This document shows, in pieces, positions 56,798 through 64,000 of a stretch of DNA of 64,000 nt; within the stretch, counting starts at the first letter, position 1; each line of letters starts with the position of its first letter. The DNA is taken from NCBI GenBank assembly GCA_951406725.2, contig OX597834.1:40052001-40116000 (forward strand). Reading direction: 5' to 3'. The notes beneath the pieces are model-generated. The model saw only the letters and a list, made by a program, of their open reading frames with translations. It had not been told where the DNA came from and ran no database searches. This stretch comes from Octopus vulgaris. Taxonomy: Eukaryota. A program made the translations under genes and the position numbers.

Positions 56798-57447
56798 TGA
56801 ATGTATAATGAAATGTGAAAATTGACAATTCAAAGTCTGTTCCCAGCACACTCGCACAAGTATGTATATGTGTGTGTATAAGTGTTTGTGTGTATGTGTG
56901 TGTATATATATATATATATAAGTATGTATATATCTGTATATCTGTGTGTGTATGTGCACATTTGTGTATAAGTGTTTGTGTGCATGTATAGGTGTATGTC
57001 TATATATGTGGTGTATAAGTCTAAGCACACATGGGTATACATGTATGTATGTGTGTATGTCTGTGTTTGTCCCCCTAGCATTGCTTGACAACCGATGCTG
57101 GTGTGTTTACGTCCCCGTCACTTAGTGATTCGGCAAAAGAATAAGTACTGGGCTTACAAAGATTAAGTCCCGGGGTCGATTTGCTCGACTAAAGGCAGTG
57201 CTCCAGCATGGGCGCAGTCAAACACAGAGAGGACAAACAAGGACAGACAAACGGATTAAGTCGATTACATCGACCCCAGTGCGAAACTGGTACTTAATTT
57301 ATCGACCCCGAAAAGATGAAAGGCAAAGTCGACCGCAGTGGAATTTGAACCCAGAACGTAATGGCAGACGAAACACAGCTACGCATTTCGCCCGGCGTGC
57401 TAACGTTTCTGCCAGCTCACCGCCTTTACATACACACATATATATAT

Positions 57448-57502
<55 letters not shown>

Positions 57503-57942
57503 CATACACACACACATACATACACACATACACACACATACACAAATACACACACATATACACACACACATATCCATGCACGCACACAAAATGTATACAC
57601 ACACACACACACCATCAAACACACACCCCCTTCCTTCCACAGTGCTGTGACACAGTTCTAGCTAATAACTCCATTATCACTTGTTCAATGAATGTCTTGT
57701 GTGTTGTTATTTAAAAGTCAGTCCTTCAGCAAGAAAAGACAGCTCTTTGTTGGCATTGAACTGGATCCATTATTGAAATATTCCCGTTTCAGAAACAGTT
57801 TCGCTCTTCATAAATGTCACCACACGAGGAAGAAACTTCCTAACATAGGATTACGTGTTTCTACATCTGTATCTGTATGCGTATGTGTGTGTGTGTTTGC
57901 GTTTGAAAGAGGAAGATATATATATGTATGTGTGTGTATATA

Positions 57943-57996
<54 letters not shown>

Positions 57997-58186
57997 TATG
58001 TATATATATATATATATTATATATATATATATATGTAGAGGTGTGTATACATGTTTGAGTGTGGGGGGATGTGTTTGAAAGAGGGAGAGATATAAATAAG
58101 TTCACACACACACACACACACACAGATTTAAACAGGGGTGAGTGTCTCTGTGTTTGTATGTGTGTCTCTGAAAGGAAGAGAGGAGT

Positions 58187-58252
<66 letters not shown>

Positions 58253-58479
58253 AGTGCATGTGTGTGAGTGCATGTGTGTGTATAAGGGACTGTACTTGTA
58301 TATGCCTCTGTGTGTGTGTGTGTGCACGTGTGGTGTGTGTGTGTGTTTGACATAGAGAGAGATAGACAGAGAGTGACAGGATATTCTTTTTTATAAATAA
58401 GTCTGTATTTCATATTTATAAATGGAGGGAGTTGTTCAAAAGAGATCACAACTAGAACTGTAACAGCATATGAGAGAGG

Positions 58480-58905
58480 GAGTGATTGAGGGGGAGGGCT
58501 AGGAATGAGAGGCTGCAAGATAGAGGGGAGAGGGGGAGAGAGAAGTTGTGAGTAAGAGAGAGAGGAGAGGCCGAGAAAGAAAGAGAGATAGGCATAGAGA
58601 GAGAGAGAGAGATAGGTTGGAAGCAAGGAAGGGGTCGAGAGAGAGTGGGGAAAGGCCGTGAGAGAGGAGAGGTCAAGAGAGAGGAGCTGGGAAGGAAGGA
58701 GAGAAGCAAGCAAGCAAGGATTGAAGAAAGAAAGGAAGGAAGGAAGGAAGGAAGGAAGGAAGAAAAGAAGGAAGGAAGGAAGGAAGAAAGAAAGACAGGG
58801 AGGAGGAAAGGGAAGAAAGAAAGATGGGGAGGAGGAAAGGGAAGAAAGAAAGATGAGGAGGAGGAAAGGGAAGAAAGAAAGGAAGAAAGACGGGGAAGAG
58901 GAAAG

Positions 58906-58951
<46 letters not shown>

Positions 58952-59030
58952 CAGGAGAAGGGAAGGGGAGGGAAGAAAGAAAGAAAAAAAGGAAGAAAGG
59001 GCTGAATGGGGGAGAGAGAGATGCAGAGAA
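58480..59030. repeat. Polypurine (GA/GGAA/GAAA) tract
   Basis: Direct reading. Confidence 0.9.
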
Positions 59031-59472
59031 AGTGCATCCAGGAAAATTATCAATGAATAAAACAGAACATAAAAAATATCAATAACCTCTGAAACTCCCA
59101 ATTCCATTTGTGATAATTAGAAGACTTGGAAGACCAAAGAACTTGGTAACAAGGAAGCAACAACAACATGGGAACTCTATGCGTCTTATTCATTGTAATT
59201 CCTTAATTCAAAATTCACCCAAATAATCCCACCAAATATTATGAAGAAAGGATTATCTCCCTTGTATACTTGTAATTATTGTCTGCTAGGGGACACCAAA
59301 TGTTTAAAAAACAGTTTCCATGTTAAAGTAAACGGTAACCTTCCATTCCATTCCAACTAACTCACTGCTGACACCCACACTCCACTGTGGTGCATTTACA
59401 GACACATGCATGCATACATACATACATACATGCATACATACATACATACATGCATGAATGAATGACTGCATG

Positions 59473-59506
<34 letters not shown>

Positions 59507-59740
59507 TAGTAAATCCAAAAACGAAGAACAAACATAAAAAACTACAATGCGAGGACACGGTACATATAAAGTATTAGCAGACACTCAGGGAAGGAAAGAA
59601 AGCTGGTTTAATGTTTCGAGCAGATGCTCTTCTTTGGAAACAGATGAAAGTCCAATAGAAGGGAAGACGGAGGAAGAAAATCGCCGATTCACATATAGTT
59701 ACATTTTGAAAATCCTATATACACACACACATACACACAC

Positions 59741-59958
59741 AGAGGGTGCTGAAAAGTTCCCAGCTTTAGGTAAAGAAAAATACAGGAGGATCCGTTAATT
59801 ATGATTTTATTCAGCATATTCCTCCTCTCAGATTCATGTGCTTATTGCGATGGTCCTTCAGTTTCTCTAAGCCCAATAAAAGAACTTGAAAGATTTGGGT
59901 ACCAACCAGGCCTTTCATGATACCCTTAAAGCTAGGAACTTTTCAGCATCCCCTCATA
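59741..59958. mobile_element. Mariner-type MITE
   Basis: Imperfect TIRs GAGGGTGCTGAAAAGTTCCCAGCTTTA and TAAAGCTAGGAACTTTTCAGCATCCCCTC. A deleted sister copy lies at 60055-60192. Confidence 0.7.
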
Positions 59959-59961
59959 CAT

Positions 59962-60002
<41 letters not shown>

Positions 60003-60054
60003 AATTAAGGACTGAACACGAAAAAGTGGACAGTCATATACATATATATATATA

Positions 60055-60192
60055 TACAGGGAGGATGGTGCTGAAAAATTCTCAGCTTCAGGTAAAGGAA
60101 AGTACAGGAGCATCAGTTGTGATTTTATTTAAAGCCAGGAACTTTAAAACCAGGAACTTTAAAACCAGGAACTTTTCAGCAAACCCCTCATA
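60055..60192. mobile_element. Internally deleted copy of the same mariner-type MITE
   Basis: Same TIRs. The 15-bp inner TIR segment TAAAACCAGGAACTT is triplicated. Confidence 0.65.
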
Positions 60193-60729
60193 AGCGTGTG
60201 TGTATGTCTGTGCATGTATGTCTGTAGGAAAAGTGTAAATATGTATGAAGCTCTTTCTCTCTTTTTCTTTCAACAGACACACACACGTATATATGCATGC
60301 ATACCTGTATGCATATATACATGCATATGTGCATGTACGCACATACATGTAGAACAGACCATGACCGACCACAAAGATCTTTCACCAGGGTCACTGCTGC
60401 TGCCCCTTACTCCATTAAAACTAAACCATTAAAACAAAATTGAAAGCAAAAAATAAACCAAAAAAACAAAAAAACCATAGACAGAACTAATGATCTGTGT
60501 GTGGTGGTGGGGGTGGGGTAGTGGTGGGGGTGGTGGCAAGAAGTTCCGAGCAGAAGTGGATGCCGAGGGGTGGGGGCCATTTATGGTTATTGCAGCTGGC
60601 ACCGCACATCAAGTTATTCTAGTTTCAGGTTCCTCATCATTAGTCTGAATACAACGGAGTTTATTGTCTGACCTACAGAAGCACGGAGAGGAAGGACGTA
60701 AAAACAATAACAGACCAAGTACCATCATT

Positions 60730-61320
60730 GCCAGTGGTGATGATGATGATGATGATGGTGGTAGTGGCGATGATGAGGATGATGATGATGATGGTGGTGG
60801 TAGTGGCGATGATGATGGATGATGATGGTGGTGGTTGTGGTGAAGGTGATGATGGAAGTAATTGTGGAGGTGAAGGTGATGGTGATGAGGGTGGTGGTGT
60901 ATGTGGTGGTGGTGGTGGTGGTGGTGGTATGGTGATGGTAATGACGGAGGTATGATGGTGATGATGGTGATGGTGGTGGTAGTGGTGGTGTTGGAAGTAG
61001 TTGCGGTAGTGAAGGCATGATGATGAGGGCAGTGGTATATGTGGTGGTGGTGGTGGTATTGTGATGGTAATGACAGTGGTATGATGTTGATGATGGTGAT
61101 GATGATGGTGGTGGTGGTGGTGGAAGTAGTTGTGGTAGTGAAGGTATGGTGATAGTGATGAGGGCAGCGGTGTATGTGGTGGTGGTGGTGGTGGTGGTAT
61201 TGTGATGGTAATGACAGTATGATGTTGATGATGGTGATGATGATGATGATAGCTGTGGTGGTGGCCATGACTATGCTGAATGTGATGATGGGGGTGGTTG
61301 TGGCAATGATTACGATGAAG
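60730..61320. repeat. (GGT)/(GAT) low-complexity tract
   Basis: Direct reading. Similar tracts at 14295-14605 and 51580-51860. Confidence 0.85.
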
Positions 61321-61394
61321 ATATTGATAATAAGACTAATATACATTCATAAATAGCAAGAAATCTATATACATATACCAACATTCATATATAT

Positions 61395-61433
<39 letters not shown>

Positions 61434-61882
61434 GCATATATATTCTCGTAACAGAAGTAATTTCAATATGACTGATTATGCATATATCCTTGTGTTTGAG
61501 TGTGTATGTGTATATATATATAGATGTATGTATGTATGTATGTATATACATACACAAGTGTGCACTGGTGTGTTGAATGTTAATGGTGAGGAAACAATAA
61601 ATTGGATTATAACAAATGTTGTAATAATATTAATTCGTTAGACAAAACTGAGGTTGTTTTGGTTGATTATGGATAATTTTTACAGAATTTATACAACAGT
61701 ATCTATCTTTTTATGTGTGTGTATATATATATATATTTATTTATACAAGTGTGTATATGTATGTGCCTATATATGTGTATTGTGTATATATTTTGTGTGC
61801 ATATATATATATATATGCACACACACATTATATATACATACATACATATACACATTTGCATAAATATCTATACATACACACA

Positions 61883-61940
<58 letters not shown>

Positions 61941-62051
61941 TACATACACATATGTGCATGCATACATACACACACATACATACATGTATATGGAGGGGGA
62001 GAGAACTTCATAGACGCTGACCTATACATACCAAAATATATAGATACACAT

Positions 62052-62104
<53 letters not shown>

Positions 62105-62768
62105 AAACTGACACACATGCACCCACATGTATTTATACACACATCTTGCATACACATAAGCATATACGTGTATAGAAATGTTAACATTTCCGTCAAAAGG
62201 CATTTATTAAAATACTTTCACGCTCGTTATCACACGAATAAACTGATATTAAATCAATATTAGCAAGTCAATAAACCAATATTTAATCAATATACTGTGT
62301 CAATATCAGAAGTCGAGGCGGAACACATCAACAAAATAATGTAATTGAAAATCTATGTTACTTTGCAGAATTGACATGAAAATTCCTGGTCAATTTGACG
62401 GGAAACAATGGCAAAGTGAAACTAACCAGAATGGCGTGTAGCAATTATAAATATATATAAAAAAGAAAAAAAAATGGTTTTATTAGGAAACTTATTAAAA
62501 ACGGAATCAGGCCAAATCTTATGTAATGAAATTAGCCGGTTCCCAACCTGTTGTACATTCTTAAAATCAAACAGGCGTATCATATAATATTACATATATA
62601 TATATAGGGTGCAAGCATGGCTGTGTGGTAGGGAGCTTGCTTGCCAAAACACATGGCTCTCAGTCTGGGTTCATTCCCGCTGTGTGGTCCCTTTAGTATA
62701 CTTCTGGTATAGCGCCAAGCTGACCAAAGCCTTGTGAGATGATGTAGTGGACAGAAAGTGAAAGAAGC

Positions 62769-62833
<65 letters not shown>

Positions 62834-63020
62834 ATCTAAATATACAACCAAAAGATTGCTTTAAAATACATGGCGTATTTTATAGTTACGCCTGTTCAAA
62901 TATCATAAAAGTGTGAAACTATTGGTAGCTCTTTCGGTTGTGTATTTAATTTGATATTTATCTCTCATTAAATGAAGAGCTTTTTTTTTTGTTGATTCTA
63001 ACTCCATTGAATCTTTAAAC

Positions 63021-63072
<52 letters not shown>

Positions 63073-63149
63073 CCAGATAGGGAAGCTGAAATCTCAAAGA
63101 GAATAAGGAAAGGATGGAATGCCTTTAACTCAATAAAGGATGCTCTTGA

Positions 63150-63600
63150 AATGAAGTTGGATAATACCATAGATGCCAAAACTCTTCAACGGCACCATAC
63201 TTCTTGTATTCTTATATTCAAGTGAGATGTGGGCAACAAGGAAGAGGAGAAAACATCAATCCACTGAAACACATGGAAAGACTGGTGTGAGGAATATCAT
63301 GATGAGAGCATGTTTGAGATGAGATAATTGAAGAACGGAATGGAGTGAATGATGTGATCTGAGAATACTGAAAATACAAGTTCCATTGAGTTGAACATGT
63401 CACAAGATTCACAGACAACAGGTGGACCCATGCAGTTGCCAAGAGGTATCAAAGTGATCGGAAAAGGCCCCTTGGAAAGCCTCTACGCTGATGGGAAAAT
63501 GATTTTTAATTAAGTAATTTGCGTTCAAGATGAGAAAGAATAATACAATCAAGACGGAACTGGAAATGCACTGTGGCCAGCGGGATGTAACAGCATCTGA
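63150..63600 (+). pseudogene. Decayed RTE-type RT C-terminal fragment
   Basis: Broken frames read LFNGTILLVFLYSSEMW...HVTRFTDNRWTHAV...DRKRPLGKP. Confidence 0.65.
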
Positions 63601-63629
63601 GGGTCTGGTCAATACTATGAGATATAAAA

Positions 63630-63963
63630 GGTAAAGACCCCTTTCAGTCACGAAGGATTGCACATAGGAAGTTCCCCTTTGAGGCACAAGTCTGGGCAAA
63701 GTTGTTTATGGAAGACCAGCAGTCGCCCATGCATATCCAGCTTCCCATCTTCATGCCATCAGCATTATCCAAGGCAAAGGCGAAGGGGCCGATACAGCTT
63801 GGCACCTGTGACATTGCAATTCATTTCTACAGCTGAGTGAACTGGAACAACATGAAATAAAGTGCCTTGCTCAAGAACACGCATACACAGCCTAGTCCAG
63901 GAATCGAACTCACCACCTCATAATTGTGAGCCTGACACTCCAACCACCAAGCCATGCACCTTC
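63630..63963 (-). mobile_element. tRNA-headed SINE family E, uninterrupted
   Basis: Minus-strand head TGGCTTGGTGG...GAGTTCGATTCC. Matches 46575-46620 joined to 46943-47195. Related heads at about 2620-2745 (-) and 11900-11990 (+). Confidence 0.75.
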
Positions 63964-64000
63964 ACAGAAGTTGCCCACAGGGGGTTACAAATATTCGGAC

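Noticed and set aside
58186-59107. 283-aa Leu/Phe/Ser ORF and Lys/Glu/Arg ORFs
   Set aside because: Artefacts of the polypurine/polypyrimidine tract.

Overview
AT-rich, repeat-saturated eukaryotic DNA. The SINE, RTE and microsatellite content suggests a coleoid cephalopod (Octopus-like); this is an inference. No prokaryotic genes, rRNA, true tRNA or CRISPR arrays are seen, and nearly all ORF-track entries are microsatellite artefacts. The only long real ORF is a 5'-truncated but uninterrupted CR1-like LINE ORF2 (21261-23912, minus strand) with a 9-bp TSD. It sits inside a fold-back element that carries a minimal Penelope-type hammerhead ribozyme motif (21039-21084, minus strand), and several decayed hammerhead-like motifs lie elsewhere. 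Also present: a Dong/R4-like restriction-like-endonuclease retrotransposon end inside (TAA)n, a non-coding retroposon always found next to (AAT)n, RTE LINE fragments, at least five tRNA-headed SINE families (several nested, with TSDs), mariner-, hAT- and piggyBac-like MITEs, a Helentron-type element, minisatellites and higher-order microsatellite arrays. A few short minus-strand exon candidates suggest the window may be large introns at the 5' end of a host gene (low confidence).
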